Source: Podarcis pityusensis
Lineage: Eukaryota
Strand: one strand, 5' to 3'
Assembly: GCA_964106645.2 (NCBI GenBank)
Contig: OZ067039.1
Length of the DNA: 64,000 nucleotides
Shown in pieces: positions 1 through 12,257 of this stretch. Within the stretch, counting starts at the first letter, position 1, and every line of letters starts with the position of its first letter. A program made the position numbers and the translations under genes. The notes under the pieces were generated by a model. That model worked only from the letters and a program-made list of their open reading frames with translations. It ran no database searches and was not told the DNA's origin.

Positions 1-60
1 GAGCTCTTTCTGTGCCCTCCGAGTACCATGGCTGGGTGTGATGCCAACTTTGCCTTGCAG

Positions 61-219
61 GTGACCAAAGTGGAGGAGCCCTCCAAATATGGCGTTGTGG
101 TGTGTGAGTCAGATACAGGGCGCATACACCGCTTTGTGGAGAAACCCCAAGTTTTTGTTTCCAACAAGATCAACGCTGGCATGTACATCTTAAACCCAAG
201 CGTGCTACAGCGGATCGAG
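61..219 (+). CDS. GMPPB: GMPPB (mannose-1-phosphate guanylyltransferase beta) coding exon; gene begins upstream of the window
   Basis: ttgcag| acceptor, 159 nt, [53 protein letters not shown], |gtatga donor; nucleotidyltransferase EKP motif. Confidence 0.97.
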
Positions 220-412
220 GTATGAGGCAGGAAGGGTGGAACAGGGATCTTGCACAGGGCAGACTGGCTGGGGTGTTTGAGGTTGTGGTTTTAGTTGGGC
301 ATCTCATCCTTTCATGCCGGTGAGATTAAGGATGATGATGTCTGTGGGAACAGTACATCTCTAGTCTTTACAACATAAATGGCCAACTGGTAATACTCTT
401 GCCTTCCCTTAG

Positions 413-491
413 CTGCGGCCTACCTCGATTGAGAAGGAGATATTCCCAGTGATGGCAGAACAAGGACAACTCTATGCCATGGAACTGCAGG
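413..491 (+). CDS. GMPPB: GMPPB coding exon
   Basis: cccttag| 79 nt [26 protein letters not shown](G) |gtaagg; absent from the ORF track but in frame with neighbours. Confidence 0.96.
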
Positions 492-815
492 GTAAGGGCA
501 CATGGAAGGATTTGGAATGGTACTTTGATCCTAAGGGGCTCTCACAAATGTAGGCAGTGATTTGAGGAAAGGGCATATTAGACAATTAGATGTTAAGTCA
601 GTGAAGACCTGGGACTGGAGTTCAGAAGTAAAAATAAGATCAAGATGTGGAAGATACCACATAACATGCAAGGGCCCTGTAGGGCAATGTTTGAATGAAA
701 TAACGTAATGCAGTTTCACTTCACATCTTGCTTTATGCTGCCTTCGGGGAGGAAGGCTGGTATAAGGTCCATCAATGGAGACAGGTGTCTTATTAATGCA
801 GCTTTGTCATCACAG

Positions 816-943
816 GGTTCTGGATGGACATTGGGCAGCCCAAAGACTTTCTGACTGGCATGTGCATGTATCTGCAATATCTACGGCTGAAACATCCCGA
901 GAGGCTGCACTCAGGACCGGGTTTCATGGGGAATGTATTAGTG
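816..943 (+). CDS. GMPPB: GMPPB coding exon
   Basis: cacag| 128 nt (G)[42 protein letters not shown] |gtaatt; WMDIG motif. Confidence 0.97.
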
Positions 944-1201
944 GTAATTATATTCTTGCATTTCTTTGGAGCGAGGGTGGGCAGTACTTCATTAAAGGCT
1001 GATCTAAAAGTGGTAGTATATTGAGCAAGGCAACAGCAGCTCTTGATATTACATCTACCATCTTGTGGACTAGAGCTGTGAGGGAATGTTGTTCTCTCCC
1101 ATCTAGTTTCCTCTGAGGAGGAGGAAGCTACTTCCCAGACCGGAGCTGTGGAAGCTGCTCAAAAAAAACTTTCATGCACAATTTCCCCCCTCCAACTTCA
1201 G

Positions 1202-1384
1202 GACCCAACTGCCAAGATTGGATCGAACTGCAGTATTGGTCCCAATGTCACCATTGGGGCAGGAGTGGTGATAGAGGACGGGGTTCGGATCAAACGTTGC
1301 ACTGTGCTGAAGGGGTCGCGGATCCGGTCTCATTCGTGGCTGGAGTCCTGCATTGTTGGCTGGAGCTCCTCTGTAGGCCAGTGG
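1202..1384 (+). CDS. GMPPB: GMPPB coding exon (left-handed beta-helix hexapeptide repeats)
   Basis: cttcag| 183 nt [61 protein letters not shown] |gtgagt. Confidence 0.97.
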
Positions 1385-2327
1385 GTGAGTTATGTGACAG
1401 AGCAATCCTCATTGGGCAGATACACACTGGGGAAAGTGAAGCTGCAGCCCAACTGCTGTAGGTTGAGGGAATGTAAACATTTTCTGCTCTTCTATGGGGA
1501 AATGTTACCTCTCTGGGCAGGACCAGTAAATGGAGACAGCTGGAATGCAGGATAATTTTGTTTATTCCTCTCGGTGGCCCCAATGTGCCTGTTTCTGGCC
1601 ATAACATGCCCCCTTTTTGCCCTGCACACTGGGATAGCTTGTGCCAGGAGAGCTTTACTTCAGCCAGGTGAAGTCGCCAGCTTAAGGCCACCTGAGCCAC
1701 AGGGGTGGGGAGATCAGGTCATAGACTAACCTCCCCCAGCCAGTGTGTCTGGGACTTAAGAATTGCAATGTTGGTCAGAGCTGCATCTTAACTAGTGCTT
1801 TTACTGATGAGTGAGCTGGAATGCGCAGTCCACACAAATGCTACTGTGACGTAGTTTCTTCACATACCTGCATGTTTGTTCTCTCACTCATGGTGGACTT
1901 GTACCTTTGCGGTGGTTGTGTGTTCATACTCAATACCCTTATTATTTTGAGAGCTGCTTTCATAACAGGGAAACTTGCCCTATAAAGTCCCAATTTAATA
2001 TCTTTCAGTGCTGCTTTGTGCCAGGTATCAAGCTGTCCTTTCCCTATGAGTTGAATTGGTACCAGATTTAGTGGCAATTTGAGTAAGATTTAGGGAAACT
2101 CTACAGGTATTATCATGGCACTTCATTCTGGCTGTTCCTGCTTTTAATTAGCAGCCCAGAGCCAGAAAAGCAAGGGCAGAACCTGTTAGAAACTGACTCA
2201 TGAGTAGCCATAGGATTGTACCATGCAGGCAAGTAACTGCCTTAGCCTAAGTCGATAGACTTGTAACATACTACTTCCTCTCAGCTCAGCATAGAGTTGT
2301 CTAACTGTATGTCACGCCCTTCCTCAG

Positions 2328-2459
2328 GTACGGATGGAGAATGTGTCAGTGCTGGGAGAGGATGTCATTGTGAACGATGAACTCTACCTCAATGGTGCCA
2401 ACGTGCTGCCTCACAAATCTATTGCGGAGTCTGTACCGGAGCCACGCATCATCATGTAG
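2328..2459 (+). CDS. GMPPB: GMPPB final coding exon
   Basis: ttcctcag| 132 nt [46 protein letters not shown] at 2457-2459. Confidence 0.97.
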   Translation, partial: VRMENVSVLGEDVIVNDELYLNGANVLPHKSIAESVPEPRIIM

Positions 2460-2862
2460 CGGTCCTGGGCCTTGAGTATTGGACCTGCTGAGAGGGCCCT
2501 CCCTGTCTTACCCTCTTACAAGGGGAATCCCCACCCTGTGCCTTGGGAGCGGGGGCTCCTTGTTGACTTTTATGCTGAGAAAATACTAACCTTCTGCTGG
2601 AATCCTAGGAGTGTAGTGGGATAAGGAGGTTTGTAAGCTGGCTGGAGTGCTCCTCAGAATCACTGCTTAGCATAAGGCACGGTGACCTGGGCCAGGTCCA
2701 GGGGTTGTCCAGTGCCACAGGCCACTGCCCTATTACTGGAAAGTAACCCTAATGTGCAAAGAAGAAAATGCTTGCTTGTGTGGTTCTGCAGTAGGAGTTC
2801 AGCTGCTGCAAGAGAACAGTCCCAGGCAGGCCCGGTGAGGAGAAAGAACAGCATGCTGTGCT

Positions 2863-2868
2863 TTTATT
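2863..2868 (-). terminator. Candidate poly(A) signal AATAAA for RNF123
   Basis: tttatt on +; the only canonical AATAAA I found on - between the two stop codons; U-rich tract (tgttctttct) downstream on -. Confidence 0.45.
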
Positions 2869-3430
2869 TCAGGATAACATGTGCTGCTCATGTTGCACAA
2901 AGGGAAGACAGAATACAACCCTCTTCTTTGGAACTCTACTGCCTTACAGAGACTGATCCCTCTCTCTTCCCTCCATATGGCCAATAATCACTAACTATTA
3001 CTATTCAAGAACTCTGGACAGGGCTCTGTCAATTAATGGGGACGGGGAACGAAATTATATTGTCATGAAGAATGGGAGCTGTGGTGTGTCATATGTTTTC
3101 TTTAACTCCTCTTGGGGAACAACAATGGCAGTTTTGTATGGCAGCTGACTTTTACCGCTGCCTTCCTTGCAGCCAATCCCATCTTGTACTGCTGCTGTGC
3201 CAGCCTTTAGGACAGTGCTCCATAAAATGGAGAGAAGAATACACATAGCTCACCGCCTTAAGGAATAATAATTTAATAATATTCCATTGTATGGAAGTTA
3301 ACACCCCTTCCACTTTGGAGGGTGGTGGGGGAGAGAGACAATCATAGATGCACATAAGTTAAAATTCCTTGCTTCAAGCACAATGCTTGCTGCCCTCCCC
3401 GACACTTCTGGTTACAAGTCACACACAGTT

Positions 3431-3441
3431 AGTAAATTAAA
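3431..3441 (+). terminator. Candidate poly(A) signal (overlapping AGTAAA/ATTAAA) for GMPPB
   Basis: agtaaattaaa followed by a tctttgtct U/GU-rich element; no canonical AATAAA seen on + between 2460 and 4557. Confidence 0.35.
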
Positions 3442-4557
3442 AAACAGCAACCATCTTTGTCTGCTCCTGGATAGTACAGGCAGCCTGGTCACACAGTGAA
3501 GGGCTGGTGCCATGGGCACCTTCTGCTGGTGGAAGAGAGCAGTGCAATCAGGTTCACCCCTGCAGTAGCCCATAAAGATCAACCTAGCTCGTACTTCTCC
3601 CAACCAGAATACAATGCATGGGACAAACTGGCCCCCGCTATATCTGTTTTTCTTTTCTTGGAGAAGCTTGGGAGTCTATTCAGACTCATTCCTCTGGTTG
3701 TTGTGGGCTTCATCTCTGCACTTCTGTTAGTCATGGCATAGTGTGCCTGCTGTTGCATTCACTAAGCTCCCCAGACCAAAAACTGGGCCTTGTGTCTTTG
3801 CTATGCGTATCTAGCAGTCCCTACCTGCAAAGGAAAGGAGCTATATGCACAAAGAGCAGAGTCTAATGTTTAAGTGGACAGATGGTACAATCTTTCACTT
3901 ACCAGCGCATCTGATTGCAGGTGGGAGAATGGCTTGTCAATATCTCCCTCCGTCACCAAAGCATATCAGGTGGCACAGCTGGGCAGGCTGCTGCACGATA
4001 TGCCCACGTAAATATCTCAACCAACTCTGAGCAACACACACACTTGTCAAAACAGCTGCTAAGCGCTGCAGCAAAAAACACACTTGGCTAGTGGCCAGCT
4101 GGGCTCACAGGAGCGATGTTGCCTGTGAGATCAGCTTTTACCCCATCGAGAAAAGCACCACACCAAAGGGGATGTGTCCCAGCTACAGTACGAGACAGGC
4201 TTCCTGGGGCAAATGCAGAAAAGGAGCTACAGATTCAGGCTGAGGTAGAAAACCTGAGCATGTTCAGCCCCCTTGTACATGCCCCATGGGAAAAGCCCAG
4301 TGCCTGCTGGCTTGGAGTCAATGACAGCAACAGGAAGTGTACCTAAATTCAGGGGGGTTGAAGGATATGATGTGGCCGAGGGGATGCATATGGCAGTGCC
4401 TGGCCTGCAAGAAGTGTTATAAATTAAAAAAACACACAACTGAGCTCAGCTGTGCTGAACAGCAGCCGCCTTTGACAGAGGTGCTCTCGAAGCAAGGAGA
4501 GTCCATCTTGTGGAGAAGCTGCCTGGGCATGCGGCCCTGCCCTGCAGGGTCCAGGCA

Positions 4558-4657
4558 CTAGGAGGTGGCTGGCTTCATGTAATCATCCACACCCGTGATG
4601 GTGGCTTTGCAGAAGAAGCAGTCCTTGTTGTTCATCAGGTGCTGGTTGATGCAGGCT
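4558..4657 (-). CDS. RNF123: RNF123 (KPC1 E3 ubiquitin ligase) final coding exon, C-terminal half of the RING finger
   Basis: ctttctag| 100 nt (K)[32 protein letters not shown]. Confidence 0.96.
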
Positions 4658-4886
4658 CTAGAAAGACAAGAGCAGGAGGCCTTGGACATTTGTTCACAGC
4701 TACAGGCCGAGCTTTGGCCCAACAATACGTATCTAGTACCTAAAAGCTCCTTGCTGGGTATAAATGAGTGCAAGTGTCCTCTGCATGCAAGATAATGCCC
4801 ACTTTCCTCTTAAAATCAAATTCTACAACTTCTCTATGAAACAAATTACACAAATTTGTTTTGGGGGCATGTGCTAAGTCATGGTA

Positions 4887-5147
4887 CAGTGGTGCCCCGC
4901 AAGACGAATGCCTCGCAAGCCGAAAAACTCGCTAGACGAAAGAGTTTTCCGTTTTTTGAGTCATTCCGCAAGACGAATTTCCCTATGGGCTTGCTTCGCA
5001 AGACGAAACGTCTTGCGAGTTCTTGCGAGTTTGTTTCCTTTTTCTTAAAGCCGCTAAGCCGCTAATAGCTGTGCTTCGCAAGACGAAAAAACCGCAAGAC
5101 GAAGAGACTCGCGGAACGGATTAATTTCGTCTTGCGAGGCACCACTG
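4887..5147. mobile_element. Non-autonomous Tc1/mariner (Tigger/pogo-like) MITE, 261 bp
   Basis: TA target duplication (4885-4886, 5148-5149); ~22-bp TIRs CAGTGGTGCC(C/T)CGCAAGACGAA; second copy at 38997-39490. Confidence 0.9.
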
Positions 5148-5590
5148 TAATGACTTAGAGGAATGGGAGACACTGAAGTCTTCCCCTGCCCCCAACCAGT
5201 TTGAATCCTGATCAGCCTTCCCCATGGCTTCTAAGATTGAATTACAAATGGCACACTTTATCAACCAAACTTCGCAGCCCAAAAAGTTAAAATGCTAGCT
5301 TTTTTAAAAAAAACAAATCAGTTGAATCTAATCTGCATGCGCAGTGCAGTCACAGCCTTGCATATGGGAGAGCTGGCCTAAGTAGCTATTCAGAAGCATC
5401 ATGCTGCTGTGTCTTTCCATTAGGGCAACAAGTGAAAAGGAGATTTCAGCTAGGAAGCTTCAGAGAGTTCAAATGGCAAAATTCGTTAATTAAATCTCCA
5501 GTTATGGTCTGGGGCACCTTCTAGGATCCCTTCCATCCAACCAGAACGCAAAAGTAGAGAAAAGCCCACATCCCCCAAGGGATTACTCAC

Positions 5591-5676
5591 TTGCAGGACT
5601 TGTGGGAGCATGGCTTGAATACGGCAGATATGGGATGCGCGTAGCAGATGGGGCACAGGTCCTCCTCACTGGTGGG
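5591..5676 (-). CDS. RNF123: RNF123 coding exon, N-terminal half of the RING finger
   Basis: ttttgcag| 86 nt [28 protein letters not shown](K) |gtgagt. Confidence 0.97.
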
Positions 5677-8041
5677 CTGCAAAAGAAGCAACACATCCAC
5701 TCAGCTTATTGGCAGTTGCCAACACCCAGCCCACATCATGGTGCAATGCAAGGCGTCTCATGGTAGAAGAACAGCAGCTCATTAACAGTTAATAACATGA
5801 AGGTTTTGCACTAGACGCTTGAAACTGAAATGGCTGGTTGACTTCGTACACTTCATGCCAGGGCTTACTTAAGATACATGCTGCAAATCTTAGATCAGAA
5901 CCACTTGTGTTGCTTTGCTCCAACTCTCTTAAGATTGTTGCCAGTGAGGTAGGAGGGGAAATGGTTCCAGGAAGATTCCACTATCAGCTATGAGGGCTCT
6001 ACTCTCTCAGGAGAGCTAAATGAACTGGAGGGCTACCTCTACCTCCATGGCCAAGGAAAGAGGAGAAAACAGGAATTCTAGCCTCCTGTGTCCTGTTCTT
6101 CACAGGGCAGTGTCCTCACTTTGATTGCTCCTCCTCATGGCCTGATTAGGCCCTGGATGTCTAGAGGGGGAGTGTGATATGTCTGTCTTGCTCTTGGTGC
6201 AAAATGCTATAGGAACATTAGCGAATGAACCTCTCTCCCACTGTCACTGGGATGTGAAAAGCCCTGGCTTGTGGAGTGAAGCCCATGTTTCCTTGCCAAC
6301 TATGATCTGTAATCAGGGGAAGGGTGTTTTTAAAAAGTAAGCTATTAATTTTATTTCCTCTTCTTTTAAATGTAACGTCTTTCACTGGGGACTGCACTCC
6401 TTTGGGTATTATGAGGACTCCTTCTCCCGGATGATGTCATAATGGAAGGGAGGGCCTTGTCTGTCCAAGAGGAGAGGGAATCCCAGTGAGCAGACTACTG
6501 CCACTAGGGGGAGAAAGTGAGATTTTTAAAAAGTTTTCAAAAGATAACTATATAAATGTATCTCTTATGAATCTCCCCCTTGGAGCAGGGACCATGAGCT
6601 CTGCCTGTAAAGACCACCGTTAAGTGCACCTATACATATCCTGCTATCTTTCAATATAATTTTGGGAGAGCTAATAATCTCAGCAGCGGAAGCAGTAGTA
6701 AAGAATATACGGGGCTAGTCAACTTCTCTGCACTCATCTCCCTGTGCAAAGAATGCACAGAGTTCAGCTTAGCTTGAGATTCTTAATGAAGGCTTGCTTC
6801 CTGCCCCGGGGTTGGCCTAGGCTAAAAGCATGAGTTCCTACTGAACCCAGGGACAGTGTGTTCCCATCCCATCAGCTCTCTCTCCCACCCCCACCCCGTC
6901 CTCCTGCAGCAGCCTTCATGCAGCTCCAAACTGCAGCTGGAAGATGAGCAGCCACATTAATAATTCAGATCCTACCCCTGGCAGAGATCAGGTTGCTTCC
7001 TGGATCACAGCTTCTCTCTGGAGGTCACCCAGACAGAGCAACACACGCGGGGGCTGCTTCAGCAGCCAGAGTCCATCTGGGTAGCTTCTGTGCTGCTTAA
7101 GCTCCTACTCCCTCCGTGCCCATCCAGTCCAATTTTTTTTCAACAAAGAAACCCAGTTCTGTGCCTTCAATTTCGCAAATTCATCTTGAACAGCTTATTC
7201 TGCTTCCAAGGTTCAGAATTTCAAAAGAAATTGGAATTGTTTGGGCAAAGATTTGGATTGGGTGAGGGAGGGGAGGGAGAATGGAGCTCTCAGGCCTCAC
7301 TTCCCTGAAGACAGTGGAACTCCTTCCCACTGGGATATCTGCTTGGCCGCTGGGTGTTTGCAGATTACAGATGGTGAAGAACACACAGAAGAAGCATATT
7401 TCAGTGGTCATAAGTAAGTGCTGTACTTGGTGACCTTGTAAAGTGAGCACATAGCACAGGAATTTTGACTCTCATATTCATTCTATGTTGTACTACTGCT
7501 GGGCTGGCTAAACCCTGGTTTATGGGGCTGATCTGACCCCTCAGTCAGTTTTTGTCTGACTCCCCACCACCAATTTTGGCAGTGCCAGAAAAAGGAGGGA
7601 AATAGTGAAATACACGCGGTATGAGGTAGGTGGGCTTCAGAACCTTCGATGTTCCCCCTTCCTAGTCATCAGGCAGATCATTTGATGAGCAGAAAGGGGA
7701 TAATAACCCAATTTCCTCGGCTGATCAGCATGGATCAACTGAGAAGGGGGGGCTGTGCGGCTCTTGAGTGTGTCATGTATGTGTGCATGAAAGCGGTTAG
7801 GGTGGGCACCCCCACAACTGGCATATGAACCTCAGAGCATGGGTGAAGGATGAATGTGACCCTCAGCCGAAAAAAAGAATAACCACCCCTGCTTAATGAA
7901 GTTGAGGATATTATTAGCTTAGTAAGTGTGCATTAGCACCTGTGCATATGTATGCTACGCATCTACCTGTGCCCACTCTCAGATCCTGCTTCCACAGGAA
8001 AACACACTGTCCTTACAGATGGCTCAGAACTAGGCCTAAAG

Positions 8042-8151
8042 CAGGGGTGGTTATGAGGGTGATGCCAATATATTGTTGGACTCCCAATGGTCAGCAATAA
8101 TGGGAGCTGGAGTTCAGCAGCAGCTGGAGAGCACCACATTGGCTATTGCTG
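8042..8151. mobile_element. Degraded palindromic hAT-type MITE
   Basis: CAGGGGTGG start; ggactcc...ggagttcag internal palindrome shared with the 32537 and 39586 copies; imperfect 8-bp TSD gcctaaag/ccctacag. Confidence 0.55.
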
Positions 8152-8460
8152 CCCTACAGCATTAGAGGTCAGCATCAACCTTTGCCATGGAACTTGGACA
8201 CTTACCCCATATAGTCTTAACATGTCCAAGCCAAACCAGGTACCCAAGAAACAGAGACACCCAGTGTTGCCAAGCAAGGTCAGTAGTGGCCCTTGTATCT
8301 GCAGGACCCTGTGAATGCTGCGCCTTCGCTTCCCTCAGGCAATGCAGCAAGGGCCAGTGCTTGATTTTTTGCCTCGGTTGAGGTCCTGCGAGGGGTGGTG
8401 CTATGGAGGGTGCCTTGGGCAAGTGGCCACACACATTCAGTTCATTAGGTGGAAGCTTAC

Positions 8461-8555
8461 CAAGGTGGAGGCTGCAGCCTGCTTGGACTCTTCACTGAGG
8501 TGGCCCAGCATTTGCTCCACCTTGGCCAGCTCTTCCTGGCTGATGTAATCAGTGT
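8461..8555 (-). CDS. RNF123: RNF123 coding exon
   Basis: ttttctgcag| 95 nt (Y)TDYISQEELAKVEQMLGHLSEESKQAAASTL |gtaagc. Confidence 0.95.
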
Positions 8556-9323
8556 CTGCAGAAAAAAAGAGAGATTAATGATAAAGGAAGGACAAGTGGC
8601 AGCAGAGGGGGGGGGCACAGGTTCTACTATTACTATGCAGAGCAGGGGGTGTGGGGGGCCTTGCCCCGGATTTCTTTTTTCAGCCCCATCCGACCAATGA
8701 CTGGTTGGGAGGGATTGAAATGAAGCTGCGATGGAGGTGTTTGGCCACATGGTGGCAGAGCCCAGCATGAGCTGATCTGTTAACCAAGTGAGGCGCAAAG
8801 AGGTGAGGCACCTTGTTGTCAGTGTTATCACAGGACAGAGGAAAACGGCTTTGCGCAGTAGTGATCTATGGGACAGGGACAAGGGTAGAGTTCTCAAAAG
8901 CCACCACATGACAGCATGCATGGAAAGCATTATGCAGGTATAGCTTCCCTGGGCATATTGTGGCCACAACTCTTGCTACAATTAGACAACCCAGAGATTT
9001 AGAGTGCTGAAGAGAAATACTGATCTATGTTTTAAAATATGCAAGCTTCCAGAACCCCATAGACCATGCGATCAAAGATGACCAAGTCCTCCAGACGATG
9101 CCAAGGAAATGGATGTTAAATATTGCATCCGGAGTGGCAAGGTATCCATGAAAGGGGTGCAAACTCTTCAGTTGTCACAAGGCAATAAAGGCTTCCTATC
9201 TGAGCAACTCATGAGGAGGAACACAGGAGTGATCCTACAAAGGTTAAGCAACATTACTGTCAGTGCCATTAAGGGCTCCAGCTGTAATATGTGAGAAAGA
9301 TCTTCTGAAGCATGCATGCTCCG

Positions 9324-9324
<1 letters not shown>

Positions 9325-9364
<40 letters not shown>
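9325..9364. repeat. (CA)n microsatellite
   Basis: about 20 CA units. Confidence 0.95.
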
Positions 9365-9368
<4 letters not shown>

Positions 9369-9410
9369 CCGCCTCTCTCTCCACCCCTCACATTTCTGAT
9401 AAGCACGTGT

Positions 9411-9552
9411 TTATAAGAAGAGCTCTGCCGGATCAGGCCGATGGCCCATGTAGTCCAGATGTGAGAAACCCACAAACAGGATCTGAACACAAGCGCACCT
9501 CCCCCTCCTGCGGTTTCCAGCAACTGGTATTCAGAAGCATTACTGCCTCTGC
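9411..9552 (-). mobile_element. CR1-type LINE 3' end fragment
   Basis: taagaagagc..ctgccggatcaggcc..ggcccat.tagtccag block shared with 12578-12790 and 31781-31840. Confidence 0.6.
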
Positions 9553-11645
9553 CTCTGCCTCTTTGGATTGCTTAGGCCTCTGGGATTTGACACAGCAAAG
9601 TGCCTGCGAGAACTAGCATAGTTTTCCTTACTGGGTCGAGCAGGAAAAAATGGTTGGCAGAGAAGGCACAGGGCAACTTTGGCCATGCCCATACACCCGA
9701 GTCTATGAAGCAACCTTCAGAAGCGGATCTAATATTTGCAAAGACTGCCTATGGCAGAGAATATCAGCCGCTGGGCCAGCTCAGTAACAGCATAGGTGGT
9801 GCTGCTGGCAGATACACAAGTACATGCATTTTTGGAATCAGGCTTTTAGACAGACACTCTCTGATGGGTGGGGCGGGAACAGTCCCTCCACAGCCCAGAA
9901 ACAGGATGGGAACACAAGCACTTTGCTGTAGGGTAAGGGAATTCAGAGCGAGGCAAGAGGGTGCAACAGTAGGTAATGCTAGACTGACGGGGAAGGGGCA
10001 GGGGACTCAGCATGCTCCATTCTGGGAAACAATTAACAGTGCCTCTTTAAGATATAATGCACAGTGCATTGCGGAAAACAAAAGAGAATCTGCCTGTGGT
10101 GTCCTCTGCAGGCTACTGCCTTCCCTCTAGCACACGTTTTCACTCTATCAGCAGGAAAAGGGAACCTGCAGTTGGCAGGCAGGGAAGTCCCACTTAATAA
10201 TGACATTAGCGGGAAGGAAAGGACAGTGGTTATATTCCCTGTAGACTCTAATACAGCAGCAACCACCCCAAGGCACAGCCTTGTTCCATGTGAGGCATCC
10301 CCTGAGCGTTAGGATTCCCAGTTAACAGTAAACCCAGAGCACTTTCTAATATTACTTTCCTTTTTTTTTTTTTGACAGCAGAGGATCATCATCAACTTTC
10401 CATAGTACTGCTTCAAATTTTTTTCAAGCACTCAACAATGAGCATATTTGGACATGGTAGAGTAATTGTCATTACCCCCTTCCATTTCTCTTGGATGTAG
10501 CTTTCCTGGGCTCAGCAGAGATTCACAAGGGAAGAAACCAGAGATCATACTTGAGCTAAGATACGGTTTATCATATTGGCTAAATGGCCTCTCTAAGATG
10601 CCTCAGTTCTGTAAAAACCTGGAAGTGTGTTGCTTTTTATCAAGGCTGGACTAAGATGTTTTGTTGCCTGAGGTCTGAAGGACAAGATGGCACCCTCCTT
10701 CCCATGCCATGTATAAAAGCCAACCAGACTGGCAACTGAATCTTAGTTCAACAGTAACAATGGGACGGGGTCCTCCACTGCACCCAAGGACAGCAGCCTA
10801 GCACATTGGGCATAGGGCAGATTGCATGGCAAACACACAGGGCCAGTCCTATTATTAGGCAGAGCGCAACAGCCGCCTTAGGCAGCAGATACTGGAGAAG
10901 CAACATCCCCAGGCCAGTCCTCCAGTGTCCTTTAGGCAGTTCCCCACCTTGGGAGGACAGAGCTGTGTGTGCCATGTGGCCTGTCTTGCACCTTCCTAAG
11001 TTAGCTTGCTGCCCTCAGGTGCTGAAATATGCTATCCCATCACAAGTGCTGATGCAGCGTGCAGTCCAGTCAACTTCTGTGCATGGAATGGTGATCGAGG
11101 GGAGAGGCTATCACCTAGTCATTTGCCTCAGGCAGCAAATTATCTTGAGCGGGCCCTGCACATAACGGCTCTGCCCTTTAGCACTTTGCTGTTGCTCCCT
11201 ATCCCACAGTATCTCCCTCACTCTGCCTAATGGTAGGGCTGGCCCTGGTTTGCATGCATTCGCAGCTGGAGAACAAAAACTGGAAATGCCCCCCCCCCCC
11301 CCGCGCAAGCCTGAGGCAAGGAGGCCTTCAGTCAGAGAGTGAGATAAATCACAATGGCCACAATTCAGCAGAGGTTAAAAGAAAGAGAAAGATTTGCTGC
11401 CTGCTGCAGTAATCTTCCACAGTTCTCAATCACTTCAGCAGCTCTGCACCACTACCCCAATCACATAATGCCTTATTTCGTCATCAGCTCAAGATCTCCA
11501 TGGAACTAACAGTTTCTAGAGGTTGTGTAAATAAAGCCTGCACTATTCCTTAGGGATCACGGTTTCCTCCATCTCAGCGCTCCAATTGCTTTCCTCTATC
11601 TCAGCAAACTTCAAGGGCATGGGCAGAGCCAAGGACAGGAGCTTG

Positions 11646-11647
<2 letters not shown>

Positions 11648-11687
<40 letters not shown>
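11648..11687. repeat. (CT)n microsatellite
   Basis: about 20 TC units. Confidence 0.95.
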
Positions 11688-11691
<4 letters not shown>

Positions 11692-12089
11692 GACACACAT
11701 TTCTTTAAGAGATGGCACATGGCAGTTTGGTATGCAAATGCATACATAACAGTACGTATTTTTCCGCTATAGAAAATTTTTTTGCTGCCATCCTACCCAG
11801 CGAATAGGATTGGATCCTTAAAATGGGCTGTGGGGCAAAGTTAAGTGAAAATAAAATAAGAAAAGATGCAAACTTCTTCTTCTCTGAAAACACACACACA
11901 CAGTGGGGTGGATGCACAGTGTGGGTACTCTACACAGCCCTCCGGGGGTCCCTCCGGGGAACCGTGAGCAGTGCCATGTGCTGCTCTGCTGTGCCACAGG
12001 ACAGTAGACCTGAGCAGCTGAAGAATACGCTGCCTCTGTTGCTGGCATTGCTGATGCAGGAATCTGCCTTCTATTGAGGCAGGCCCTTG

Positions 12090-12257
12090 AGTCAATCCAG
12101 CCTCGTATAGTTTACTATTTTAACTGGCAGCAGCTCTAGGGGGTCTTGTGCAAAACTATTTCCCATCCCTTTTTAACCCGATCCTTTTACCTGGAAATGT
12201 AAGAAGGCGGAACCCGGGACCTCCTTGCATGCAAATCCTGTGCCCTACCACTGGGCA
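12090..12257 (-). mobile_element. tRNA-derived SINE (Squam3-like), degraded
   Basis: gaacccgggacctccttgcatgcaaa...ctaccactg is the reverse complement of a tRNA-like head with B box; same family at 46070-46203 and 30533. Confidence 0.6.

Noticed and set aside
28-1555. ORF-track starts and ends for GMPPB-like peptides (28..225, 824..1024, 1148..1555)
   Set aside because: They are exons extended into introns; the real boundaries are set by AG/GT sites and frame continuity.
9600-10130. 176-aa + strand ORF, and similar long intronic ORFs (8457..8969, 16653..17168, 23417..23917, 57551..58075)
   Set aside because: No recognisable motifs, often non-ATG starts, and lengths compatible with chance in 64 kb.
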